DNA of 63,926 nucleotides, filler included, from an uncultured Methanosarcinales archaeon (lineage in GTDB: Archaea > Nanobdellota > Nanobdellia > Woesearchaeales > CAZKBD01): NCBI GenBank assembly GCA_964550945.1. It is 3 parts of 3 records of this genome, joined end to end, with 100 filler letters (N's around TTAATTAATTAA, not from the genome) between each part and the next. Parts side by side here need not be neighbours in the genome. Positions count along the whole stretch, not along the records: positions 1 to 25,795 come from CAZKBD010000018.1; 2 more parts are not named here. One strand, given 5' to 3'. The translations under genes and the position numbers were made by a program. Of this stretch, positions 10,038 to 19,319 are shown piece after piece. Numbering within the stretch: the first letter of the stretch is position 1; each line of letters starts with the position of its first letter. The notes below the pieces were generated by a model. That model did not search any database. It was not told the DNA's origin and was given only the letters and a program-made list of their open reading frames with translations.

Positions 10038-11030
10038 ATGTGCTCAGAACAGCAGATGTTCATGGAACCAAGAGTAGCGATAATGATCCCGTTCAAGGAA
10101 GTAGATTCTCATGTCAGGGAGTGCATCCAGCAATGCTTAGGCCTGGATTATAAAAATTTTGATATAATACTTTTACCTGACCATAAGATAACAGAAACGT
10201 TTCCTAGGTCCAAAGTGATCCCTACTGGGGCTATTGTTCCTGCTTTGAAGAGGAATAAAGCGATATTTTCTTTGGATTATGATCTTTTTGCTTCAATAGA
10301 TTCAGATGCATTTCCAGACAAGGAGTGGCTTAGAAACGCGATTCCTTTATTTAAAGATGAAAAAGTGGGGGCAGTAGGTGGGCCTAACCTTCCACCCCCA
10401 AGCGCTTCTTTATTAGAGAAGGCGGCTATCGATATTATCTATTCTGGGCTTGGCCTTAACACGGGCTATTACATAAAAAAATATGGGAACAACTATACTG
10501 AATGCAAGGAATTGGCTTCTAGCAACCTAGTTATGAGGAGGTCTGTTTTGTTGGAGATTAAAGGCTATCACACAGAGCTTCCAACTGGAGAAGACACCAT
10601 CATCTGTTTTGACATCAGGAAAGCGGGAAAAAAGATAATTTACGCACCTAATGTAGTTGTATACCATCATAGAAGAAGGCTCTTTTTACCGCATTTGAAG
10701 AGAATATTTGTGCAAGCAAGCGACAAGGTATTGATTTTGCTGAAGTATAGGTCATTTAAAAACATTATTTATTTTATCCCCACCTTATTTGTCCTGTTTG
10801 TGTTTTTTGGTTTGGTGGCTTCTTTGTTTAATATCTATCTTAGGATGGCCTATCTATCTGTAATTGTCATTTATTCTGCTCTTGTTTTTATCAATGCATT
10901 AAAAATAAAGAATCTATCACAGGGATTTTTGTTCTTGATAGGATTGCCTTTGACGCATTTAACCTATGGTCTAGGTTTTTTGGATGGATTATTATTCAAG
11001 AGGTTTAAATTAAAGAAGATATTTGGATAG
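10038..11030 (+). CDS. Glycosyltransferase family 2 with C-terminal transmembrane helices
   Basis: IDSDA (DxD), VGGP, GED, VYHHRR, hydrophobic C-terminus. Confidence 0.85.
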   Translation: MCSEQQMFMEPRVAIMIPFKEVDSHVRECIQQCLGLDYKNFDIILLPDHKITETFPRSKVIPTGAIVPALKRNKAIFSLDYDLFASIDSDAFPDKEWLRNAIPLFKDEKVGAVGGPNLPPPSASLLEKAAIDIIYSGLGLNTGYYIKKYGNNYTECKELASSNLVMRRSVLLEIKGYHTELPTGEDTIICFDIRKAGKKIIYAPNVVVYHHRRRLFLPHLKRIFVQASDKVLILLKYRSFKNIIYFIPTLFVLFVFFGLVASLFNIYLRMAYLSVIVIYSALVFINALKIKNLSQGFLFLIGLPLTHLTYGLGFLDGLLFKRFKLKKIFG

Positions 11031-12065
11031 CTTAATGTAAAGTTTTGGATTGAATAATATATTAACAAACTGAAAGCATGAATGTGTGCAGTAACAGGCT
11101 TTATTTTTGATTTCTTTTCTTATCTCATTTGCATTTTTCGAGAACCAAAGTTTCTTGAAATCAAAATTATAGTCGCTTAAGTTTCCAAATTTTTTGTATA
11201 GTTCGCAAGGGTAAACATTGCCTTCTACATCTATAACTGCGCTCAGATTTCCAGCATAGCAAGGAATCAGCTGTTTTTCGTTTTTTAGTGTATTATAAGC
11301 TAAGTCGTGGTAATAAAGCTTTGCAGCCCTTAGAAATACACTTAATGGATTGAATTTATAGTATGGATAACTTTTCATTATTTTTTTGAATAATTCTTTA
11401 TTTTTCTCATAAAATTCGATAGAAGGCGCTTTTACTTTGCTGTCACGTGAACAACCCCTTATAATCTCAAAGGTGTGGGATTCAACGTTTAAATTATTTT
11501 TAACGTAAGAGAATATCTCACCAATATTGTTTTGGTTTAGGTTCATAATCACAGTATTTACACCTATATGCAGGTTGGGATATTTTTTCTTTAAATTGGA
11601 TAATCTTCTATATGTCTCTAGAAACTTATCAAAATTTCCATTTACCCCCCTTATTTTATCATGAAGCTCTCCTATCCCATCTAGCGAGAGAGTAACAACA
11701 AAATTTTTTTTATGGATTTTTAGAATCTGTTCGCATGCATCAGCAATTCTATTTGGAAGCAGGCAATTTGTTGGGATTGTGATGTGTTCGGGATTATTAT
11801 TTTTTATGAATATTTTTATTATGTCAGTAAGGTCTTCCCTTAAGAAGGGCTCTCCTCCAGTAAGGCTAAACCATAACAGGTTATCCAATGATAATGAGAT
11901 TTTTTCAAGCTGTTCTAAGCTAAGCCTTTTCTCTGTTTTATAATCAGTTTTCTGCCAGTTGAAACAAGTAACACAGCGAGCGTTGCATGCTGATGTGGCC
12001 TCTAGTATAAGGTGGATTGGCAAAACATTTCTTTTTTTGAATAAGTATTTTGAATAGGCTATCAT
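11010..12065 (-). CDS. Radical SAM/SPASM-type enzyme
   Basis: CNARCVTC, TGGEPF, CYAG...GNVYPCE...CYCTHSC. Confidence 0.9.
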   Translation of the reverse strand: MIAYSKYLFKKRNVLPIHLILEATSACNARCVTCFNWQKTDYKTEKRLSLEQLEKISLSLDNLLWFSLTGGEPFLREDLTDIIKIFIKNNNPEHITIPTNCLLPNRIADACEQILKIHKKNFVVTLSLDGIGELHDKIRGVNGNFDKFLETYRRLSNLKKKYPNLHIGVNTVIMNLNQNNIGEIFSYVKNNLNVESHTFEIIRGCSRDSKVKAPSIEFYEKNKELFKKIMKSYPYYKFNPLSVFLRAAKLYYHDLAYNTLKNEKQLIPCYAGNLSAVIDVEGNVYPCELYKKFGNLSDYNFDFKKLWFSKNANEIRKEIKNKACYCTHSCFQFVNILFNPKLYIKLSKYLL

Positions 12066-12119
12066 TCTACCAGGGATTTATCCAAATATTTAAAAACTTT
12101 GTTTAATTGTCTATGCAAA

Positions 12120-13691
12120 ATGAAGCTGAAGAGAAACCATATTGAAATAGGTGTCGTTCTTTTTCTGTTCTTGACAGCGCTATGGCTATGGACATTGCCT
12201 ATACAAAAAAATCCAATGCCTTTTGGAGAAGGCGATGCTGCATGGATGTTTGGCGTTGGCGATTATATATCCCAAAGCGATAAAACTATAACTCAACTGC
12301 CAGAATACATCCATTTGTGGTATTATTATTTTTTTGAGGGCAGGCCTAATCAATTGCATTCCCCGCCGCCATACCACATAGATTACGCAATAATGCAGTT
12401 TTTGACTAATGACAGGATTGTTTCTGTTTATATTTTTATAGCAATAACCTGCTTTTTAGGTGTTTTTTCCACTTATTTTCTGATCAGAAAGCTTTACGGC
12501 TTGATTCCCGGGTTTATGGTGGGCTTTGCTTTGATATTCTCCATGAGGGATATTTTAACCTATCTCTGGGGCCAGAGGCCTACTTTAAGCGCTTTTGTTT
12601 ACACCCCTATGATAATCTATTGTTATTACACTTACTTAAACTCGCTAAAGGATAACCCTAAGCCAATTTATCTTTATGTTATGATGTTTCTGATTGCCGC
12701 TCAATTTTACTTCCATATACAGGGAACAATGCTCACAGTTCTTGCTTTGTTGATTTACACTCTCTTTTGGTCTATTAAAGAGAAGAGGTTGCCAATTAAC
12801 AAATCTGAGGTTAAGATAGCTCTAATCTCAATATTGTTGTTAGCAATTTTGGTTTGCCCTTTTTTATATATCTACGCAACTAGCAGCGATGTAGGGTCTT
12901 CTGATGGATTTAAGCTAGACAGGTTATTTAGCTGGTTTAAGTTTCCAGAAAACCCAGGGGGTTATCCCACTGAATGGTTTCAATATTCTAATGTTTACAA
13001 CATTTTCATAATCCCTTTTTTATTTCTAGGCATAGTCTTCTTGTTGATTAGAAGGAAACAAAGAGATATGCTGTTATTAAGTTGGTTGATAGCAGTATTT
13101 ATTATGTTACATTTAGATGTTATTGGATTAGTAGATTTTCCCAGGGTAGCTAGAATGTTGTTAGGAGAGGCGCCGATATTTTATTCTATAATCGTTGTTG
13201 GGATAATGAGCATAACAGATTTTATTAAAATGCCCCACAAGAAATTTGTGGATTATGGTTTAGCTTTCTTGTTTATTTTGGTGGTTGTTTTGACAAATGG
13301 AAAACAAGCATATGGGTTACTAAATGGCGCTTATGATGGTGTTGCCAGGATTACCCCTGCGCAATATGAGCTTACAGAATGGATAAATGAAAATCTGCCA
13401 GATGATGCTTTATTGTATGATATTGGCACATTGGCCTATCCTAAGAAACGGTTTATTCATGTTTTATCACATAGGTATCTAATCAATAATTTAGAAACCG
13501 AAAAGGAATCAAAGGCTAAGTATGGATTAATTGATTTTAAGCCCAGCTATGTGATTGTTGATTATTCTGATTTAATCTTGATTGGCCAGGATGATCAGAT
13601 AGCCCAGATCAATGAATTAGAAAAGGCCAATTTCGGGAATATGACTCCGATATATAACAAAAATAGTATCAAGGTGTATGAAGTTGGATAA
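12120..13691 (+). CDS. Polytopic membrane protein, GT-C-fold glycosyltransferase-like
   Basis: Acidic loop (GEGD) after TM1, about 11-13 hydrophobic segments, soluble C-terminus starting LTEWINENLP; located in a glycan cluster. Confidence 0.55.
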   Translation: MKLKRNHIEIGVVLFLFLTALWLWTLPIQKNPMPFGEGDAAWMFGVGDYISQSDKTITQLPEYIHLWYYYFFEGRPNQLHSPPPYHIDYAIMQFLTNDRIVSVYIFIAITCFLGVFSTYFLIRKLYGLIPGFMVGFALIFSMRDILTYLWGQRPTLSAFVYTPMIIYCYYTYLNSLKDNPKPIYLYVMMFLIAAQFYFHIQGTMLTVLALLIYTLFWSIKEKRLPINKSEVKIALISILLLAILVCPFLYIYATSSDVGSSDGFKLDRLFSWFKFPENPGGYPTEWFQYSNVYNIFIIPFLFLGIVFLLIRRKQRDMLLLSWLIAVFIMLHLDVIGLVDFPRVARMLLGEAPIFYSIIVVGIMSITDFIKMPHKKFVDYGLAFLFILVVVLTNGKQAYGLLNGAYDGVARITPAQYELTEWINENLPDDALLYDIGTLAYPKKRFIHVLSHRYLINNLETEKESKAKYGLIDFKPSYVIVDYSDLILIGQDDQIAQINELEKANFGNMTPIYNKNSIKVYEVG

Positions 13692-14034
13692 CAAGCTAAT
13701 TAGCTTATTAGTAATAGCCCCTATAGTGTTATCATTCTCATATATGCTGTTAGGTGTAACAGGAGTTAAAACAATAATGGCAATTTTTTTAGTATTTTTA
13801 CTTCCTTTTTACCTTATTTTAGGCAAGTTTGGTTTAGAAACAGATGAGAGATTAATCTTTTCTTTTTTTATAGGTCTAGGGATATTTTCGTTGGTTGTGT
13901 TTTATGTGAACAGGGTGGTTCCTTCTTTTAGGAGTTCTACTATAATCACTTTTAGTCTGCTGATGGCAGCTGGGATTTATTTTTCTTTAATGCATAAAAA
14001 GCGGCCAGAGCCAATAAAACAACAGGCAAGATAA
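13678..14034 (+). CDS. Small membrane protein (DUF1616 N-terminal-like)
   Basis: Four hydrophobic segments with FLLPF...ERLIFSF motif; overlaps the upstream gene. Confidence 0.55.
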   Translation: MKLDNKLISLLVIAPIVLSFSYMLLGVTGVKTIMAIFLVFLLPFYLILGKFGLETDERLIFSFFIGLGIFSLVVFYVNRVVPSFRSSTIITFSLLMAAGIYFSLMHKKRPEPIKQQAR

Positions 14035-14335
14035 CTCCATGGTATTTTACATGTACACCGACCAATCCAAGATAATAGCTTAGGATGCCTACTAAGCCAG
14101 CGCTTATTGCGAAACCTATCACTAACCTTTCTAAGAAATCGATCTTTTCATGCCAGTAATAAGCTAATGAAAAACCCGGCAGGATAAGAACCCAAAAAAA
14201 TACAAAAGCCAGCGTTAAGATCATTACAAACTGCTCTTTAAAGAATACTATTTTTAGAACTATTAATGCTATTACAAATAGAATTCCTATATAGCCAGAT
14301 TCCTTCTTTATCTTATCTAACAATGATTTATCCAA
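13952..14335 (-). CDS. Small membrane protein (DUF1616 N-terminal-like), paralog of 13678-14034
   Basis: LILPGF...LERLVIGFAIS motif; overlaps the upstream gene. Confidence 0.6.
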   Translation of the reverse strand: MDKSLLDKIKKESGYIGILFVIALIVLKIVFFKEQFVMILTLAFVFFWVLILPGFSLAYYWHEKIDFLERLVIGFAISAGLVGILSYYLGLVGVHVKYHGVILPVVLLALAAFYALKKNKSQLPSAD

Positions 14336-15977
14336 TGCAATCAGCTCCTGGATTGTTGTTTTTTAATATGCTTGTGACTTGATTATTGAACACCTCTTGC
14401 AGAAACTCATTTTTTAATAATTGTTCTCTAATTGCTTGGTTGTATTGAATCAGAGCAGGCTGCCTTGATGCTTGTGGGATGATATCAATTACATAATAGT
14501 CAAAAGTGCAGATATCCCTGTTGTCAGATTTTTTATATTCTGGTTCTAAAGCATGATGGCCAAATTGGGTGAATGAGATTCTGTATGGATAGCTGCCGCT
14601 TGAATGGCTGGCTGTATAAGCCCTATAAAAGCGATTTATTGTTTGGTTATTTAATGCTTCTGCATAAGAGTTAGGTTCAACAATATAAGAAACCCTTTCA
14701 GAGTTATATAATAAAGCACTCTGATAGAACATATCTCCATAAACATAGAAGATTTTTGCATCTTTGTCTGCATTGTCTTTGATCCACATCAATTGCTGCC
14801 AATGGTACGGATCCATTATGCCTTGTGTCGAGATTTTATCTATGTAGGCTGTTGCAAAATATGCAAGAAACAATAAAGCAACTATAAATGAAACAATTGG
14901 CCTGTATTTTTTAATTAAGCTCGTAACATAAAACACAGTAATTCCAAAAAATAACGCCAAGAATATTGGCCAATTGAACCTTAATTGTAACGCCTTATCA
15001 AATCCTATATATACTAGAAAGCCGGCTATTAAAAAATAAACAGAAGAAATCAATACAGTTTGCTTTTTTTCCAATCTATTAAACAGTTTTACCAATAAGA
15101 GGATAGAGATTGCAACACCCATCAAAATAACATACAGAATTATTCCAAATTCAGTTAAAGAAACTACAGGATAGCCGGGATTAGGCAGGCCCAATGAGAT
15201 TTTGAATAGTTCTGTTTTTCTTTCTGGATACCAAACAAATAGGAATATCACAAAGAAATAAAATGAGATTATAACTGAGCCAATTGTTGCTAAACCTATT
15301 TTAACTGCTTCTTTTAAGTCAAATCTCCTTAAAACTAATCTTATTAACAAATAAAAACCTATAAAACCAATTGCCCAAATAAAATCTGGGGGATGCACCA
15401 TTAATGCAGCCGCTAACAAACCAGAAAGTAGGAAAAAAGAATTCTTAAGATCGCTATTTGTTATAACCCACACAGTTCCTAACAAGAACAATGTTCCTGG
15501 ATAAAAATCCCACTGGCCCCAGGTAATCCCGGAGTAAAATTTTTTTGATAATATGAGCAGTGTTAACGGAATAGCAAGAAGTGCTATGTTTTTGTTATAT
15601 TTTCTTATAATCAAATACAAAACAAGTATTGCAAATAAAGCAAAAATATAAACCAGGAAGTAGATTACATCATAGACTTCTATACCTGTAAGATAAGAGA
15701 GGACAGCAGCCAAATGATTCAGCAAAGGAGGATTCATTCCAATAACATCTTTTGCACCACCAACTGCATAAGAAGGATGGAGTTTGTAATCGCCCTGCTC
15801 TTTTATAGCCTGAGCAGTTGTTTGGTGAAGGAACGCATCAGAAGCCAGGTAACCATAAGGAAAGTCATGGCTTATTTTATGGTCAAATAAGGTCCCTATG
15901 CCGAACCATAAGAATACAGCAACAAAAATTATTAAAAAGACAGCTTCTAGGTTTAAATTTAATTTACTCACCTTCAT
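14328..15977 (-). CDS. Polytopic membrane protein, GT-C-like; apparent paralog of 12120-13691
   Basis: FPYGYLASDAF after TM1, PP motif, WGQ, LMWIKDN soluble C-terminal domain. Confidence 0.55.
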   Translation of the reverse strand: MKVSKLNLNLEAVFLIIFVAVFLWFGIGTLFDHKISHDFPYGYLASDAFLHQTTAQAIKEQGDYKLHPSYAVGGAKDVIGMNPPLLNHLAAVLSYLTGIEVYDVIYFLVYIFALFAILVLYLIIRKYNKNIALLAIPLTLLILSKKFYSGITWGQWDFYPGTLFLLGTVWVITNSDLKNSFFLLSGLLAAALMVHPPDFIWAIGFIGFYLLIRLVLRRFDLKEAVKIGLATIGSVIISFYFFVIFLFVWYPERKTELFKISLGLPNPGYPVVSLTEFGIILYVILMGVAISILLLVKLFNRLEKKQTVLISSVYFLIAGFLVYIGFDKALQLRFNWPIFLALFFGITVFYVTSLIKKYRPIVSFIVALLFLAYFATAYIDKISTQGIMDPYHWQQLMWIKDNADKDAKIFYVYGDMFYQSALLYNSERVSYIVEPNSYAEALNNQTINRFYRAYTASHSSGSYPYRISFTQFGHHALEPEYKKSDNRDICTFDYYVIDIIPQASRQPALIQYNQAIREQLLKNEFLQEVFNNQVTSILKNNNPGADCIG

Positions 15978-16058
15978 TCCACTTTTTGTAGATTAATTGA
16001 TTGGTTATTTAATCTTTTCGTCAAAACCTTTATATAGGGATATTTTTTCCCGTGGGTT

Positions 16059-17000
16059 ATGGCAATTTTGGTTACAGGGGGTGCTGGATTTATTGGTTCG
16101 CATCTTTGCGAGGCTTTGCTTGATAAAGGAATCCCCGTAGTTTGTGTTGATGATTTCAATGACTATTACAGCCCCTCAATAAAAGAAAAAAATATCAAAG
16201 AGCTTTCAGATAACAACAGTTTCAAGCTTTACAGGATAGACATTATTGATTTTGAAAAGTTAGAAGAATTGTTCAAAAAAAACAAGATAGACAAAATAGT
16301 TCATTTGGCTGCAAGAGCAGGCGTGAGAGCTTCTTTGAGTGATCCTTTACTTTACGAAGAAGTGAACATTAGAGGAACCATGAACCTATTAGAGCTATCA
16401 AGGGCATATAAGGTAAAAACATTCATTTTCGGATCTTCTAGCTCTGTTTATGGTACTAACAAAAAAACCCCTTCTTCCGAGGAGGACTCATTGAATAATA
16501 TGATCAGCCCTTATGCTATCACTAAAAGATCAGCTGAACTTTTATGCAAGCTCTATCATGATTTATACAGCCTTGATGTGGTCTGTTTGAGATTCTTCAC
16601 TGTTTATGGGCCTAAAGGCAGGCCGGATATGGCTGTTTACAAGTTCACCAAGCTGATTGATGAAGGAAAAGAGATTCCAGTTTATGATACAGATTCAAAA
16701 AGGGATTACACCTATATAGCTGACATAATTGATGGCATTTTAGCAGCTTTGGATAATGAGTTTGGATTTGAAATAATGAATTTAGGAGATTCAAATTCAG
16801 TCGAGTTAAAATATCTGATAACATTGATAGAAAAGAATTTAGGAAAAAAAGCAAAGATAAAACATATAGGCCCGCAGAAGGGAGATGTGCCTATAACCTT
16901 TGCAGACATATCAAAAGCAAAAAAATTGTTGAACTACCAGCCAAAGATACAAATAGAAGAAGGCATAAAGAGATTTGTGGAGTGGTACAAAAATGATTAG
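16059..17000 (+). CDS. NAD-dependent epimerase (UDP-glucuronate 4-epimerase-like)
   Basis: TGGAGFIG, HLAARAGVR, SSSSVYG, YAITK, LRFFTVYGP.GRPDMA. Confidence 0.9.
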   Translation: MAILVTGGAGFIGSHLCEALLDKGIPVVCVDDFNDYYSPSIKEKNIKELSDNNSFKLYRIDIIDFEKLEELFKKNKIDKIVHLAARAGVRASLSDPLLYEEVNIRGTMNLLELSRAYKVKTFIFGSSSSVYGTNKKTPSSEEDSLNNMISPYAITKRSAELLCKLYHDLYSLDVVCLRFFTVYGPKGRPDMAVYKFTKLIDEGKEIPVYDTDSKRDYTYIADIIDGILAALDNEFGFEIMNLGDSNSVELKYLITLIEKNLGKKAKIKHIGPQKGDVPITFADISKAKKLLNYQPKIQIEEGIKRFVEWYKND

Positions 17001-17838
17001 CGTAATTTTGCCAGTATTCAATGAAGAAGAAGGTATCAAAGAGGCAGTGAATGAAATAAAAAAAGTTATGGCTGGCCATAAGCACGAAATAATCGCTGTA
17101 GACGATGGCTCCAAAGATAAGAGCTGTACAATCCTTGATGAAATTGGCGGAATAAATGTTATACATCACCCTTATAATCTTGGTTATGGAGCAGCAATCA
17201 AAACAGGCATCAAGGCCGCAAAAGGAGATTGGATACTGATAACCGACTCAGACGGCACATACCCAGTTGATGAAATCCCCAAGCTGATATCTTACACCAA
17301 GAGTTATGACATGGTTGTTGGAGCCAGAACAAGGAAAAATGTTAAGGTCCCTCTGCTGAGAAGGCCAGCAAAATTATTCCTTAATGTTCTTGCAAGCTTC
17401 TTGACAAACAAAAAAATACCTGATCTTAATTCAGGCCTCAGGATATTTAAAAAAGAGATTGCACATGAGTTTTTTCATTTATTCCCAAGCGGATTCTCAT
17501 TTACAACAACGATCACTCTAGCCTGTTTGACCAATGATTATACTGTTAAGTATGTCCCTATTGATTATTATAAACGGAAAGGCAAGTCCACAATAAACCC
17601 TATAAATGACTTTATCGGTTTTACAGCGCTGATATTCAGAATAACTACTTATTTCAGGCCATTTAGGATGTTCTCTTCTATTGCTGGCCTGATTTTCTTG
17701 ATTGCTTTGTCTGTCTTTTTTTATAGTCTTTTTGTTTTAGGCAGGGTTATGGATATAACCACCATTGTCATAGCTTTATCTTCATTGCAAATATTCCTTT
17801 TTGGGCTGTTAGCTGAACTAATTGTAAAAAGAAAATGA
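16993..17838 (+). CDS. Glycosyltransferase family 2 with two C-terminal TM helices
   Basis: VILPVFNEE, VDDGSKD, GYGAA, TDSDGTY. Confidence 0.9.
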   Translation: MISVILPVFNEEEGIKEAVNEIKKVMAGHKHEIIAVDDGSKDKSCTILDEIGGINVIHHPYNLGYGAAIKTGIKAAKGDWILITDSDGTYPVDEIPKLISYTKSYDMVVGARTRKNVKVPLLRRPAKLFLNVLASFLTNKKIPDLNSGLRIFKKEIAHEFFHLFPSGFSFTTTITLACLTNDYTVKYVPIDYYKRKGKSTINPINDFIGFTALIFRITTYFRPFRMFSSIAGLIFLIALSVFFYSLFVLGRVMDITTIVIALSSLQIFLFGLLAELIVKRK

Positions 17839-17898
17839 GAACATACACACTATGTTCGTAGCTTTCATTTTTTATGAACATCAACAAATGAGAAAAAA

Positions 17899-19311
17899 AT
17901 GAAAATTCTTCTAATAAACCCCCCATCCGAAAACACAATTGAGGCAGAAGTTCCTTCTGTTGTTTCTGAGGAGAGGGGCCATAATCCTTTTCTGGGCCTG
18001 ATGTATATCGCCTCAGTTCTTTTAAAAGAGGCTGATTGTAAAGTTGAGATTCTTGATTGCCAGGTTGAAGAGCTTAATTACGAAAATGTCAGAAAAGAGA
18101 TTGTGAGAAGAAAGCCAGACCTTGTAGGAATGACTGCGATGAGTTTTACTTTAGTTGACAATTTAAAGGTTGCACAGATTGCTAAAGAAACTGACAATAA
18201 CATCAAAGTTATTCTTGGAGGTCCTCATCCGCACATATTCCCTGAAGAGACTATCAACCTGCCAAACATAGATTTTCTTGTCTTAGGAGAAGGAGAAGAA
18301 ACAGTAGTTGAGTTAATGAAACATATAGGCAATATAAAAAAACTAAAAGAAACTAAAGGCATAGTCTTTAAAGACCATGGCAGAGTGATAAACACTGGTT
18401 TAAGGCCTTTGATAATGGATTTGGACAAAGTGCCGTTTCCTGCTCGCGCATTAACTCATTATAAAAAATATTCTTCATTGTTGGCAAAAAGAACACCTAT
18501 AACAACAATGGAAACAAGTCGAGGATGTCCTTACAAATGCATATTCTGTGACAGGCCTCATCTAGGCAAGGTTTTTAGAGCTAGATCGCCAAAAAATGTG
18601 GTTGATGAGATTGAAGAATGTGTAAACATGGGGATTAAAGAGATTTTGATTTATGATGACACATTTACAATCAACAGGCAGCGCGTTATTGATATCTGCA
18701 AAATGATAATAGAGCAAAAATTGGACATTGGGTGGGATATAAGAGCTAGAGTGAATACTGTTGATCGCGAGCTCCTGCATTTGATGAGAAAAGCAGGCTG
18801 CCAGAGAATACATTATGGTGTAGAAGCAGGAAATTCTAGTATACTTGAGGTTTTGAAAAAAGGGATCACCAAAGAACAGGTGATAAAAGCATTTAATGAG
18901 ACAAGAAAATCTAAAATTGATACGCTTGCTTATTTTATGATTGGGTCACCAAGAGAGACAAGGCAGACAATAATGGACTCTATCAATTTTGCAAAGAAGA
19001 TAAAGCCAGACTATGTTCATTTTTCTGTTACAACCCCCTTCCCTGCTACAGAAATGTATAGCCTTGGTCTGAGAGAAGGGATTATAGAAAATGATGTTTG
19101 GAAGAACTTTGCAAAAAATCCAACAACTCATTTCAAACCGCCATTATGGGAAGAAAACTTAAAACGAGAAGAGTTGATTGAGCTGCTTTATCTGGCTTAC
19201 AGGAAATTTTATACAAGACCGGGTTATATAATTAAAAAGATGCTAAAGATAAGGTCAGCGGATGAATTTAAGAGAAAATTCAAGGCAGGATTAAAGATAT
19301 TTAAGCTATAG
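17899..19311 (+). CDS. Cobalamin-binding radical SAM enzyme (class B methyltransferase-like)
   Basis: N-terminal B12-binding domain (LGLMYIA, GGPHP, GEGE), SRGCPYKCIFC, YDDTF. Confidence 0.9.
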   Translation: MKILLINPPSENTIEAEVPSVVSEERGHNPFLGLMYIASVLLKEADCKVEILDCQVEELNYENVRKEIVRRKPDLVGMTAMSFTLVDNLKVAQIAKETDNNIKVILGGPHPHIFPEETINLPNIDFLVLGEGEETVVELMKHIGNIKKLKETKGIVFKDHGRVINTGLRPLIMDLDKVPFPARALTHYKKYSSLLAKRTPITTMETSRGCPYKCIFCDRPHLGKVFRARSPKNVVDEIEECVNMGIKEILIYDDTFTINRQRVIDICKMIIEQKLDIGWDIRARVNTVDRELLHLMRKAGCQRIHYGVEAGNSSILEVLKKGITKEQVIKAFNETRKSKIDTLAYFMIGSPRETRQTIMDSINFAKKIKPDYVHFSVTTPFPATEMYSLGLREGIIENDVWKNFAKNPTTHFKPPLWEENLKREELIELLYLAYRKFYTRPGYIIKKMLKIRSADEFKRKFKAGLKIFKL

Positions 19312-19319
19312 GCTCTAGG

